Positions 15,540-28,796 of a DNA stretch of 64,000 bases are shown here, one piece after another. A program made the position numbers and the translations under genes. Positions within the stretch are counted from its first letter, which is position 1. Every line of letters starts with the position of its first letter. This DNA comes from Octopus vulgaris (taxonomy: Eukaryota): NCBI GenBank assembly GCA_951406725.2, contig OX597831.1, positions 81,406,001 through 81,470,000 on the forward strand. Reading direction: 5' to 3'. The notes under the pieces are model-generated. The model did no database searches and was not told the origin of the DNA. It was given only the letters and a program-made list of their open reading frames with translations.

Positions 15540-16190
15540 AACACACACACATACACACATCTGTGTGTGCCTTTATAAGCATATGCACATACAATTATAT
15601 ACACACATATATATATATATACATGTATATGGTCATGCATGCTAGCCACTGGTAGAAAATTTCTCTAATTTTTCTACCCTATATATATTTTTTCTTTATA
15701 TGTGTATATATATGTATATATTTACTTATGTGTGTGTGTATTTATATGCATATATACATACAATTATACATACATACATACATACATACATTCATGCAGA
15801 TATATACATATATATTTATATTTGCATAAATTTACACACACACAAATATGTATGTACGCTTGGGTGTATACATACATAGACACATGAATAGAATCATGCA
15901 CACACACATGTATATATATATATATATATATATACATATTTATACACACACACACATATATTTATATATATACATGAATATATGTTTATATATATTTATA
16001 CATGTTATTATATATTTACACACACACACACACAAATAAGTAAATAAATAAATAAATAAATATATATATATATTTTACTAAGCCCTTTTATATTAATGTA
16101 ATATTTTGAATTCGCCTTAAATGGTCCTTTTACATACTGAACACTTGGTGAAATTGATTAATAACTAATTAATTTTACCCTCAATTGTTG

Positions 16191-16255
<65 letters not shown>

Positions 16256-16578
16256 TTACTTATAGACATAGATATGATGACAGACGGTTCTAGGTACAAA
16301 TAACATATTCATATAATAAATCTATAGTCATATATTTGTTTTCGATATATATAGTACATCGTATATATTATTATATATTTTATACACACACACACATAAT
16401 ATATATATGTGTGTGTGTGTGTGTGAGTATGTCTGTGTGTGATGAAAGATTTTCGGACAATGGATGTGAGTTAAAATATTGAAATAAGAACAGTAAAAAA
16501 TATACAGTGCGTGTGTTTACTTGGAAAAAAATCACCATCCCAAAATACAATATGTGTGTGGCGGGCGGGTGGTGGGAG

Positions 16579-16610
<32 letters not shown>

Positions 16611-16727
16611 AGCACACGTATTTAAAACCAAATGGCATGGCAGACCTTAACTTCGGGCTCTGCCTCAAACGGTCAAACTTTAAACTCTGTAAGATGTTGG
16701 AAACGTCACATCAAGAATGTGGATATT

Positions 16728-16809
16728 ATACCATCAACATTGACCACAAATTACACATACATCAAGAATGTGGATATTATACCATCAACATTGACCACAA
16801 ATTACACAT
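16728..16809. repeat. Two-copy tandem repeat (51-bp period)
   Basis: ACATCAAGAATGTGGATATTATACCATCAACATTGACCACAAATTACACAT x2. Confidence 0.9.
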
Positions 16810-17075
16810 TGTATTTTACAATCACGGAAGGCTGACACATTGTACCGTATGCCTCTTACAGAGGTCGGATATTTAACCTAAATACGTATTGGAAAAAAAG
16901 TCCCCATAATCTTCAAACAACGAGTACATGGAAAAACTGGTTCCGCTAAAGCCAGACACCCAGAAATGTTTCAGACAAATACAATCATTCATGAAACTAA
17001 GATATGGAGAAGAATTTACTAAGTTCTACTATTAATATAGATATCGCTGGCGCTAATAATGGCTGAAACCGAAGG

Positions 17076-17119
<44 letters not shown>

Positions 17120-17163
17120 GAATGTATGTATTATGTATGTATGGGTGTATGTATGTATTTACA

Positions 17164-17224
<61 letters not shown>

Positions 17225-17291
17225 TATACACATACATATAAACATATAACATACAAGTTGTAGATATATAGTTATATATATATATATATTC

Positions 17292-17348
<57 letters not shown>

Positions 17349-17489
17349 TAAAACGGTAAGATAACAAAATATATACACACATATACACATATATACCTAT
17401 ATATATATATAGTTTATATATATTTATATGTATATATATATATACATACATATACATACACACACATGCATACACACATATGTATAAAT

Positions 17490-17835
17490 GGCCATATGAC
17501 TGTGTTGTAAGAAGCTTGCTTCCCACCTAAACGGTTCTGGGTTCAGTCCCACTGCGTGGCATCTTGGGTATATGTCTTCAACTATGTTCTTGGGCCGACC
17601 AAAGCCTTGTGAGTTGATTTGGTAGACGGAAACTGAAAGAAGCCCGTCGTATGTATATATATTTTTATGTATACATTTGTGTGTGTCTGTGATTGCCCCC
17701 CCCCCCCATCACTTGACAACCGATGTTGGTGTTTTTACGTACCCATTACCTAGCAGTTCGGCACAAGAGACTGATAGAATAAGTACTTAACTTACAAAGA
17801 ATAAGTCGTGGGGTCGATCTATTCGAATAAAGGCG
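17490..17835 (+). mobile_element. SINE copy
   Basis: GGTTCAGTCCCACTGCGTGGCA (B-box-like), GATTTGGTAGACGGAAACTGAAAGAAGCCCGTCG, CTTGACAACCGATG. Confidence 0.85.
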
Positions 17836-17842
17836 AACATCT

Positions 17843-17893
<51 letters not shown>

Positions 17894-17894
17894 T

Positions 17895-18100
17895 CTTTTA
17901 TTCTTATACACGTTTCAATCATTTATTGGGGCATCGTTAAAGGATTTTAGTCGAAGAAATCGAACCCAAGACATATTCTTTATAAGCCTAGTACTTATTC
18001 TACCCTTCCCTTTTGTCAAACCACTGTGTTACGGGGACGTAACTACACCAACGTCGGTCGTCAAGCGATGGTGAGGAAACAAGCACAGACACAAAGACAC
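17895..18100 (-). mobile_element. SINE 3' fragment, opposite orientation to the adjacent copy
   Basis: AAGCCTAGTACTTATTCTA...TTACGGGGACGTAA...CGGTCGTCAAGCGATGGTG. Confidence 0.75.
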
Positions 18101-18110
18101 ACACACATAA

Positions 18111-18142
<32 letters not shown>

Positions 18143-18202
18143 GTGTACATATATTTATGCACATATATATGTATGTATGTATATATATATATATATATAC
18201 AC

Positions 18203-18235
<33 letters not shown>

Positions 18236-18362
18236 CATATATATAAGTAAATACAAGAACAAAAAATACACAAAAATAACAAAAAACCAATTAGATGTAC
18301 ACAGTGAATATACTAGATTAACGCTTAGCGAAAATTTCCGATGGAAATAAAGCGGTAAGGAT

Positions 18363-18389
18363 GACGTTTCGAGGATAACTCTTCGTCAG
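18363..18389 (-). ncRNA. Minimal hammerhead core
   Basis: CUGACGA-A-GAG(UUAUC)CUC-GAAAC-GUC. Intact core, poor stem I. Confidence 0.55.
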
Positions 18390-19012
18390 AAAGAGGAAAA
18401 GTCCAGAGAAGAGGAAGGGAGAGGTGCATATAGTCGGAGAGAAAGCACGTACGTCGTTACATGACCAGTACACATACATACATACATACAATACATACAT
18501 ACAAACATACATACATGCATACATACATACATACATACATACATACATACATACATACATACATACATACGCGCATACATACATGCATACATACATACAT
18601 ACATACATACATACATACATACATACATACATACATACATACATACATACATACATACATACATACATACATACATACATACATACAACATACAATTCTA
18701 GCTGCTGAAAACAATGTTATCAAACATAAGCATTGAATAATAAATAAGATTCCTTGAAGTGGACGTCTCTGAGCATTCTTGCTCCCTCTTCGCGGTTAAC
18801 AACATTTACTGCAATAAACGTCTGCTTCGAAGGGATGCAGCGCATTAGTAGCCCTCCACCCCCTCCACAGCATGCAGTGTCTACATTGACAACACATTCC
18901 GTCAACGCTGTCAATGGTCAAGTGATATGAGATAATAACAATCACCTCTCCACCTTTCTCCCAATGCCACCGACCAAACGATCATTGGCGACAACATGCA
19001 TGCATACATCTA

Positions 19013-19129
<117 letters not shown>

Positions 19130-19179
19130 GTCTGTCTGTCTGTCTGTCTGTGTGAAGATAATGTTCTGTTATCTTCTAC

Positions 19180-19350
19180 ATATTTAATTGCAGCGATGAC
19201 GAGGCACCGCCTTGAAGAATTTTAATGGAACAATGGTCTCCAGTACTCTGTAATATTTAAAACCTGGTGTCTTTGGCGAACCGCTAAGTTATGGGGACGT
19301 AAACACACCAACAATTGTCAAGCGTTGGTGGGGAAACAAGCACACATACA
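19180..19350 (-). mobile_element. SINE 3' fragment
   Basis: GCACCGCCTTGAAG, GAACCGCTAAGTTATGGGGACGTAAACACACC. Confidence 0.7.
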
Positions 19351-20297
19351 TAAACATACTTCCACAAATCTGTGAATGCATGTATGTATATATGTATCTA
19401 TGTACCTATCTCTATGCATACACACACACATTTATATATAAACACACACAAATACATACACACATACTGATATGTCTATCATGGAATCTCCTCTGTTGTT
19501 GCTCCACCTCTTTGAAACAATAGCCATATTATCCTCAAGTCACACCCTACCGCCAAGAAATATGGGGTGGATTTACTATGTAACATAATCCTGTGTACCC
19601 TTAACCTAAACAGGATGGTCACAAATGGAATACGTTGATCATAGGTCTACTCTGCAACAACAATAACAAATCTAAATATTTTGCTGATGTCCCTTGACCT
19701 CAAAGTCAGCCACAAATGGTTCTGTTGGTCATTGTCCCCTAGTTGGTCAGTGTTCCTCCACCCGCCATCACACCTAAGAGCATCGAGAACATTCTAATAT
19801 CCACCCTAATGGAATGTGATACCCAAACGGTACACCCAATACAAAATAATGTTAACTGGATGTGAGAGTCGGGTGGTGGAGGCACGTAGCACCTGGACTG
19901 ATTTGCTTCTTTATTTCATTAGGTAAAAGTTATAAGAAGGTGGTAAAGACAAGGTGTGTTATTGATACCTCAATCGCATACACTCTGCCACAGAGACACG
20001 CACACAAACACACATATACATCGAGAGACACTCACATGTACACACACATACAACACACTTTTTTCTCTCTTCACACACATTCACATACACATACATAAAT
20101 ACACACGAGTCATAATTGTTGTCACAGTTCTGAGGGAAAAGTATTGAAATGCTGTCTTTCTGGAGGTTCGTGCAGACAGACAGACGTTCATACATATGCA
20201 TGGATGTGTACGCGCGTGCGAGTGAGTGAGCGGTAATGTTTGTGAGCACATGTATATATCCACACATACATAAATACGTATATTTCTACATACATAT

Positions 20298-20339
20298 ATA
20301 GGTAGGTAGATAGATAAATAGACGTATATATTTATATTA

Positions 20340-20381
<42 letters not shown>

Positions 20382-20423
20382 TAATATAAATATATACGTC
20401 TATTTATCTATCTACCTACCTAT
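20298..20423. repeat. Perfect palindrome centred on (TA)n
   Basis: ATAGGTAGGTAGATAGATAAATAGACGTATATATTTATATTACATCGAT-(AT)n-ATCGATGTAATATAAATATATACGTCTATTTATCTATCTACCTACCTAT. Confidence 0.9.
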
Positions 20424-20470
20424 CTATCAATCAATCTATTTATCTACATCCATATACATACATACATACG

Positions 20471-20533
<63 letters not shown>

Positions 20534-21407
20534 AAAAGAAGAAAATGGAGAAATCGACACGCAGATATCAGTTTATTTGACCATTACTCAAATCCGTATT
20601 TCATTCTCTACATTTAAATATCTTTAGATAACCCGATGTCTGCATGTCAATTCCCCCTTTTTCTTCTTTTTCTCATTCATAAATATTTTAAAAACCTATA
20701 TATATATATATCAAGGCAGAACTAATATATCTAGTTTTCACTGATATAAACCAGAGAACTAGGATGCTAGCATCCCTCAAAGGAATATAGGTCCTTGACA
20801 CGATTATATATGTGTGTGTCAGGGTGTGTGAGTGTGCGTGTGTGAGGACAGAGAGAGAGAGAGAGAGAGAGAGTGTTAAATGAATACCAATCAACAGGTC
20901 AACGATAGTATTAAAAAATGATCAGAAATATACTGTAAAGTCAAGATTCTCTTTATTGTTTCCAGCGAATTCTCTGATAAATCTATTATGAATGATTACA
21001 AATGATACGTTTGGTTATGGAGTATTTGAACTGCAAAACCAGCGACAAAAACACAAATATGAACTCTGATTTTCTATCGCTGTGTATTAAAGAGCTATCA
21101 CACATCCACTTCCGTCTGGCCAGTTAAAGTAATGTAATGCCAAATTGGGAAGTGTGTGTGTGCAATGGCCATTCATAGACGTATATGTATGCATGTATGT
21201 GTGTATGTATGGAAGCATGGACGGATGGATCGATATGTGCGTGTGTCTTATACATATATTTATACACACACACACACACACTCACTCACACACATACACA
21301 CACAAACACACACCATAGTGTTCAAACAATTCGACAAACTTGTTGATATACAATGCAGCATATAATATATATATGTATAATATATATATATATATAATAT
21401 ATATATA

Positions 21408-21643
21408 GGCGCAATGGCCTAGTGGTTAGGGCAGCGGACTTGCGGTCGGAGGATCGCGGTTTCGATTCCCAGACCGGGCGTTGTGTGTGTTTATTGAGCG
21501 AAAAAACACCTAAAAGCTCCACGAGGCTCCGGCAGGAGGTGGTGATCCCTGCTGTACTCTTTCACCACTCTAAAAAGGCGGTGCTCCAGCATGGCCGCAG
21601 TCAAAATGACTGAAACAAGTACAAAAAAAAAAAAAAAAAAAAA
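21408..21643 (+). mobile_element. tRNA-headed SINE of a second type
   Basis: Head GGCGCAATGGCCTAGTGGTTAGGGCAGCGGAC...GGTTTCGATTCCC (A and B boxes). Tail GGCGGTGCTCCAGCATGGCCGCAGTC...GACTGAAAC plus poly(A). Confidence 0.8.
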
Positions 21644-22235
21644 ATATAACGGTTATTTAAAAAGAAATATTAACTTGCACACGGATTATTGTCATGTTGA
21701 GTCTGTCGACCGACACCCGTTCGTTTATGATGTGACTTTTATATGTGTCTAATTCTCACCCCGAGGAAATATTTAACTCGCTGTTTCAAGATGCAATTTT
21801 AAAATTTTAATTTATTAATTTGTAATTGATTAAGACAAATATGGAAACAAATTGTAGGTGAGAGAATTTTAAAATATGTTATCTTGAATTTATCACTTAA
21901 AACTCTCCATTTTCTACTTATAATATATTATACTGAAATATATCCATATATGGAAGTGTAATAACCATTAAACTCCCTAATACATTTAATTTGTGCCTAT
22001 TTAAACAATAAAAACCAATACCATTAATCTATACTGGACTCTTGTATTTTGACATCGATATATAAGATTAAACCGGCGAATCTTGAATGTTAATATCCCT
22101 TTTAAGAGGCATCTGCATACTCAAAGTAGCTATATATATATAGTGTAAATTTACAAAAAGACAAAAGATGAAGACGGGTGTGTGAACAACGAACAAATGT
22201 ATTAGTTTAACGCTCGGGAAGGTGAGAAGGTCTTT

Positions 22236-22263
22236 TACGTTTCGAGCCTACGCTCTTCAACAG
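22236..22263 (-). ncRNA. Hammerhead-like core, CUGUUGA variant
   Basis: CUGUUGA-A-GAGC(GUAG)GCUC-GAAAC-GUA, within the repeat at about 22140-22330. Confidence 0.45.
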
Positions 22264-22394
22264 GAGGCAACACAGAAATAAACAAGTAGAGAAAATAGAG
22301 AATGGTTTAGTGGCTAGCGATCTGTCATGGTGAAGCTACATATATTAAGAGATGTTTAAGGTTATAACATGTTGACACAATGACCGCACCGTGC

Positions 22395-22486
<92 letters not shown>

Positions 22487-22642
22487 CATACATAAATACA
22501 TACATATACATGTATATTTATATATACATACATATATATATATATACATACATACACATATATATATATACATATATAAATATATACATACATATATATA
22601 TACATACATATATATATACATACATACATATACATATTTATA

Positions 22643-22673
<31 letters not shown>

Positions 22674-22816
22674 CATATATATATGCATACATATACATAT
22701 ATACATAGATACATATATACATACATATATATATATACATACATATATATGTATATATACATACATATACATACATATACATACATATATATGTATATAT
22801 ACATACATATACATAC

Positions 22817-22865
<49 letters not shown>

Positions 22866-23254
22866 TAAATTAGAGATAAAACCACTATTAGGCAAATCAA
22901 GCAGTGAAAATCATAAGCCAATACATAGAAATAAAATTAATTAAAAAATATATAAAAAATATAAAATATAAAATATAAAAATCAATTAAAATATTTAAAT
23001 TAAAGTTAAAATTTTAACAAAATTATTTAAATTAATAATTTAAACTTATAAATTATAAATATATATTTATATATATATATATATATATATTTATTATTAT
23101 TATTATTATTTTATTTAATTATTTATTTTTTATTTATATTTTTTTATTTTTTTACTTTTATATTTTTATATTTTTATATTTATTTATTTATTTATTTATT
23201 TTTAACTATCAAAAAGTATTAAAAGTTTAATATAAGATAAAGAGTATATATATG

Positions 23255-23292
<38 letters not shown>

Positions 23293-23293
23293 C

Positions 23294-23324
<31 letters not shown>

Positions 23325-23479
23325 CATATATATATACACACACACATATATACACGTATATATATATACATATATACATATACATATATATACATATATA
23401 TACACACGTATGCACATATACATATACACATATATACATACATACATATATATATATATACATATATATATCTATGTGC

Positions 23480-23690
23480 ATCTGTGTATCTATGTATTCG
23501 CGTTTGTCCCCATAACCGTTTGATGACCAATGTTGGTTTGTTTTTGTCTTGTAACTTAGCGATTTAACATAAGAGAACAATAAACTAAGCATCAGGCTTA
23601 GAATATGTCCTGAGGTGGACTAAACCTTTGAAAGCGGCGCTCCAGTATGGCCATAGTCCATTGACTGAAAGAAGTAAAAGATCAAAGATT
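23480..23690 (+). mobile_element. SINE 3' fragment
   Basis: GTAACTTAGCG...GCGGCGCTCCAGTATGGCCATAGTCCATTGACTGAAA. Confidence 0.7.
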
Positions 23691-23699
23691 AAATCAAGA

Positions 23700-24910
23700 G
23701 CAGTGTACCCTAAATGTTATCGATTATATGTTATAACCCTCTGACTGCCGACCCCGAAATATTAAGAGAAATCCTTGAAGGAACAATTCAAATTGATTTT
23801 CACCTCACAACTGGGAAATATGTAAAGAAATAAGCGAGATGAGTTCTACAACAATGTTCCTCGCTCGCCATAGGAACAAATAACCATCGAATAACCATCG
23901 AGATAAATGATGTCGGTGCAATATGGGCCGTTGATGGTAGGAAAGCAATTGGCTCTCCTGGGTTGCCAGCAATTCCCTTCGAAAAACAGATTTCAACACA
24001 ACCACTTGGGACATTTGTTCAAAGTTTTCTTGCCAAGCTAAAAGGAGGGTATAATATTCCCTGTTTTTGAAGGAGAATGAAAAGAAGACCAAGTTTATTT
24101 ATGCAATATGCCATATCAACAAAATGTTGGAATGAGAGGCAAACTGATGCCGTTCGCAGAAGGAAATGTCTTGGTTACAGACACCCGTCATGGCTTCTGT
24201 TCAGAAAGATGTTGCTCACCCGGTTTCCACATTTTGTTTGGGGTTGATCAATTGATCAGTTATTGACACATAGATTCGAAAGGGATACGACTTTGCGAAG
24301 GCCTTCGATAAAGCTGATATATCAGACATAAACTAATCTTTGTGCAACTGGATAACTAAGAGAAGGACTTCATGGCTTTTTAGGCGGTAAAATCAAGCAT
24401 TTGCGGACAATGCGTTAACAGAGGCAAAAGTCCGGAGTGTCTTGGGGTCAGTCTTGTTTCCAGTTACACAAACATCCTCTGTTTCTGGTGTCATGGTAAC
24501 CGAAAGTCCCGATAATGTCACCAACCTAACAACAGGACCTAAATCCTACACAAGTAGCTTAAAGAATACAAAAGCTTCAATACGGTTTTAAGAATCAGGT
24601 TACTCAGGGACAGGTGGAATTGACTTCCCAGAGTCACAATCGGTGCATAAAGCTGAGGATCAATGTCAGAAACGACGGATGATTCCATGAGTATATAAAT
24701 AATATTGCAACAATGGGCAGATAACTTGTGGGAGGGTTTCTGCGATCAGTCAGGACTTGAAAATAAAAAGAAGCCTATTGTTACTATCCAAGTCATTGGA
24801 TTTCCTTTGACCGGACAATTCCTGTCACATCTGACCGACATATAGGGACTTCAATTCTACACTATAACTGAAAAGATTGCCCCAATGAAACGATAGGCTA
24901 CTGGCATCGT
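23700..24910 (+). mobile_element. Highly decayed LINE ORF2 (RT region)
   Basis: GACTTTGCGAAGGCCTTCGATAAA (DFAKAFDK, RT motif) near 24289-24312, plus scattered downstream similarity. No intact ORF. Boundaries approximate. Confidence 0.6.
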
Positions 24911-24966
24911 ACTATACTCCCTGGAAGGGAGCGGGCATGATATGTGTGTGTGTATAGAGTGAGATT

Positions 24967-25070
<104 letters not shown>

Positions 25071-25416
25071 TGTATAGGAAGATAAAAATATATTTATATT
25101 AGAGTCGAACACGGCCACAGTCACTGGCTGAAACCGAAAATAGAATAATTCAATAATATTTTTGACTATTAGTACTTTATATAATTAGAAAAATCAAATG
25201 AGCTAAGGGAGACAATTGAAATAGGTCAGTGACATGAATACAGTTATGTGAATGAATTTGGAGGTGATACAATACTTACGACAGTGAAATACAACCGGTG
25301 ACACACAGACACACACATACAAATTTATACATGCTTGTAAGCACATAAATGTGGAACAAGGTGGAAAAATAGTACTCGAATACCAGAGGTAGAGCAATAT
25401 GCTTTATTATTAAAAC

Positions 25417-25488
<72 letters not shown>

Positions 25489-25765
25489 CCATTGTCAGGA
25501 GTAAATTAATTGAAAAATCCGATCTTTGTCATCAGCCATTTAATTACTAAATAGAAGCATTAATTATTATATCTTTTAAAATTTAGATGGTAAAGCTGCA
25601 TTAGTGATAAGGGTGCCGGAGCTTCGAACACAACACTTAGAAATTTTGGATGAATTTCGAGGGTTTAACATGCGAAACACTCGGATCTTGAATCACTTAA
25701 GCTTTGTTACTTAACAAAGAAGTGTGTGTTTGTGTGTGTGTGTGTGAGAGAGAGAGAGCGTGTGC

Positions 25766-25801
<36 letters not shown>

Positions 25802-25963
25802 GCGTGTGTGTAGAAACGTCTAAGGTCAAATATCTATTCTAGCATTGAGGGTGACTTTGAGGTTTTAGTGCATGTTTGCCTGTTTTTATGAATGCACGTA
25901 TGCATGTACGTATGGTTGCATGCATGTTTGAAGCACAGATACAAACGTAAATACTTATGTGTA

Positions 25964-26313
25964 GGTTTCGTTTTGGGATTTGGTTTGCAAGATTCTTTAT
26001 ATGAGTTCGTGTGTTGAAGCACATTTTGTTGTGTCTGGCGAGAGTCATTCTCTTTTAGCGCCTTATTATTTAACACACTCACCCGTAAATTTTCCACTTA
26101 TTTACTTATTTATTTTTCTAAAATTTTCGTTGCATCTTGCAATTTTTTCAATAGTTTTGACTCTGAACGGACAGAGTCAAAACTATTGTAGAAATTGCAA
26201 GACGCAGCGAAAATTTTAGAAAAATAAAATAGAAATGAGTGGAAATTTTACTGGTGTGTTAAATTATAAGACACCAAAAGCAAATGACTCTCCCCAGATA
26301 CAACAGAAAATGC
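25964..26313. repeat. Dispersed repeat arranged as an inverted repeat with arms of about 150 bp
   Basis: ...CAATAGTTTTGACTCTG-AACGGA-CAGAGTCAAAACTATTG... Another family copy is at 33938-34141 (+). Confidence 0.85.
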
Positions 26314-26693
26314 ATGTTTATATACTTGTATGGATGATATGACTTGTTACCGTGCCCCATGTCTTCGCTGATTGTCTCAGGTTTCTATATTTATGTTACG
26401 AGTTCTTCCGGAGTTCCACCTCCTGAAGCGAGAAGGCTTCATCCGCATACTCAGCTGGTTCTAATCTCAGTGGAGCAACGTGTTATAAAGAACCTTGCTT
26501 AACAGTACAGTGTGAAAGTATGTGGTAGTTTCAACGGTGGGAAGGTATTGAAACAACGGCCTTGTGATTGGGACTTCAACACCTTGACCACCAGGCCACG
26601 CATACACTCCCATACACATATACAATAAAAAGAAAGAAGGAAGGAAAATTGATGAATAACTGAAAGCATCAAGAATGAAAGAATGTCACGTAC

Positions 26694-28212
26694 CTGGGTA
26701 TCTTGGTCCTAAATATCCGCTGCATCTAGCCAATACCCAAGGGTTGAATAGAGCGTGATCCCTGTACAGACCGAGGTTGACAGGTGCCATTGCTGCTGCG
26801 GCAGCCGCTGCTGCTGCTGATGAGGGTGGTAACACCCCAGTCCATGTTGGTGCCGTTGTAAGCGGGTGGCTGCACAATCTGACCGGTGTGAATCCGGACG
26901 TTGTACTCCGGTAGAAATCGTCCGTGTTTTGTACACATTTCAACGGATAATGAAGTCCAGTGGCGCCACTGGCCGCTGCCGCCGCCGCCGCTGCAGCCGC
27001 GGCGGCAGCAGCGGCACTGCTGCTACTTCCGGTGCCGCCATTACTGCCGTTGTTTCCGCCACTGCCACCGTTGACCGCTGCAACGGCCGCAGCGACCGCT
27101 GCCGTCGCCGTTGGGTTCGAACCTGGAGTGGTGGGGGGAGAATGGTGATGGTGGTGGTGGTAATGTTGTGGTGGTGGAGGGGGTGGCGGTGGTAGTGGCT
27201 GATGGGCAGGATTGTGTTGTTGTTGTTGTTGTTGATGATGGTGGTGATGGTGGTGTTGGTGTGAGTGGTTGTTACCGTGCGGGGTTCGTTCCCTCTCCTC
27301 GGTCACCAACGTCTTGTCCACAACACTTTGTGTTGGCGTTAAACCTAAGATGTGTTGTTGTTGTTGTGATGGGGGTGGAGACGGTGACTGTGATTGTTCT
27401 TGTTGTTGGTGATGCTGATGCTGATGACGATGATGATGATGATCGTGTCCTGAATGATGACTATGATGATGATGATGGTTACTATTACTACTAATGCTAT
27501 TATTGCTACTACTACTACTACTGTTGTTTGTATTTATATTACTGTTGTGACTACTACTACTAGTGCTACTGGTGCAATTAGTACTGCTGCTAATAGTAGT
27601 ACTATGACTATTGTGTTGTAATTGTTGTTGTGTGCTGTGGTTGTGTGTGTGGTGGTGTGAGGGAGGCGATATACTGTTGGCCCTGGTGGTCAGGCTATAA
27701 TGGGAGGTGACCACCGCTGGCGAAACTGACCGACATTCAGTCCTACTGTTTGTGTCTCCCGAACCGAGACGGTTACCGTTGGTTACCGTATTGTTCTCGC
27801 TCACCTCACTGACCACTGACACACCCCTACTCCCAACATCTCCGTTGCTATGGTGCCTGTTGTTATGATGGTTCACCAATAAAGACGCCGACGCCGACGA
27901 CGATGATGACGACGATGACGACGATGACGACGATGATGGTGACGAAGATGATGAGGGTGAGGAAGAGAGCAGCGGAGAAGGTGCTGCTAGGGTCAATATC
28001 GGGATCGAAGCCCCGTTGTTGTGGGCGACGGGTGGCGGAGGTAGTAAACAGACTGACTCCCTTTTACTGTTGCTCCGCTCCAAGTCCCCGCCTATCAGAG
28101 ATTCGATCGTGAAACCCGTCGAACGACGAGTTGGGGCCTCGACACCAGTCATTCTGCCAACTGGCCGAAGAGGAATTTCAATTACCATGGTGACACACTT
28201 TCCTGTCACCAC
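26694..28212 (-). CDS. Emx: First coding exon of an Emx/empty spiracles-family homeobox transcription factor (homeobox exons not found in window)
   Basis: 508-aa ORF with an N-terminal eh1 motif GFTIESLIG (nt 28113-28090; vertebrate Emx has FTIESLV). The C-terminal RDHALFNPWVLARCSGYLGPRYPG resembles the Emx pre-homeodomain block [23 protein letters not shown]. It ends at a phase-1 donor CCAG|GTACGT (GT at 26693-26692), where vertebrate Emx genes have intron 1. Poly-S/H/Q/P/A tracts. The start Met is uncertain (M1, M9 or M21). Confidence 0.88.
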
Positions 28213-28734
28213 CCCTCCTCTCCTCTGATAGTACTCACACTTGTTCGCCCTCTCCTACACCAAGACCCTGCTACTTTACAAAGCTACTCCCGGTCGCCAC
28301 AATAGCAAACAATAGGAGACAAAATGAGTGGCCCTTTTTATATATTTGTTCAAAATTTAGGGAAATCAGCGTGAGGAATATTAAGGTTATAATAACGATT
28401 GTTGCTGTAAATTTGATGTTGTTGTTCTCGTTATTGTTGTGGTATTATGTCATGATTTCTCATTAAGATGATGTTTTTAACAGCACACCCTCCCGCCCAC
28501 CCTCTCTTATTTTCTCAATGTATGTAGGAGTGTATAACAATATATCTAACGTTTTTGTAGTTACCTAACTCTCAAGCTACGTGTATTTACCTGTAAATGA
28601 ATAAACGTCGATGCTTATACGGACGTATATACATGTCGGTGTTGTATCTATCAATTTGTAGACGAATGTCCTCACTAACTCACTAGCATAAGTATACTAT
28701 ACTCCCACCTTGTAAACAAACATATTTCAGGTCT

Positions 28735-28796
<62 letters not shown>

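Noticed and set aside
16728-16809. CRISPR-like repeat
   Set aside because: Two adjacent copies with no spacers, in a eukaryotic context.
21408-21480. tRNA gene
   Set aside because: It has A and B boxes but no proper acceptor stem, and continues into a SINE body and tail.
26686-26693. ORF stop giving a 508-aa single-exon protein
   Set aside because: The stop lies just past a good phase-1 donor at the conserved Emx intron position, so the ORF reads into the intron.
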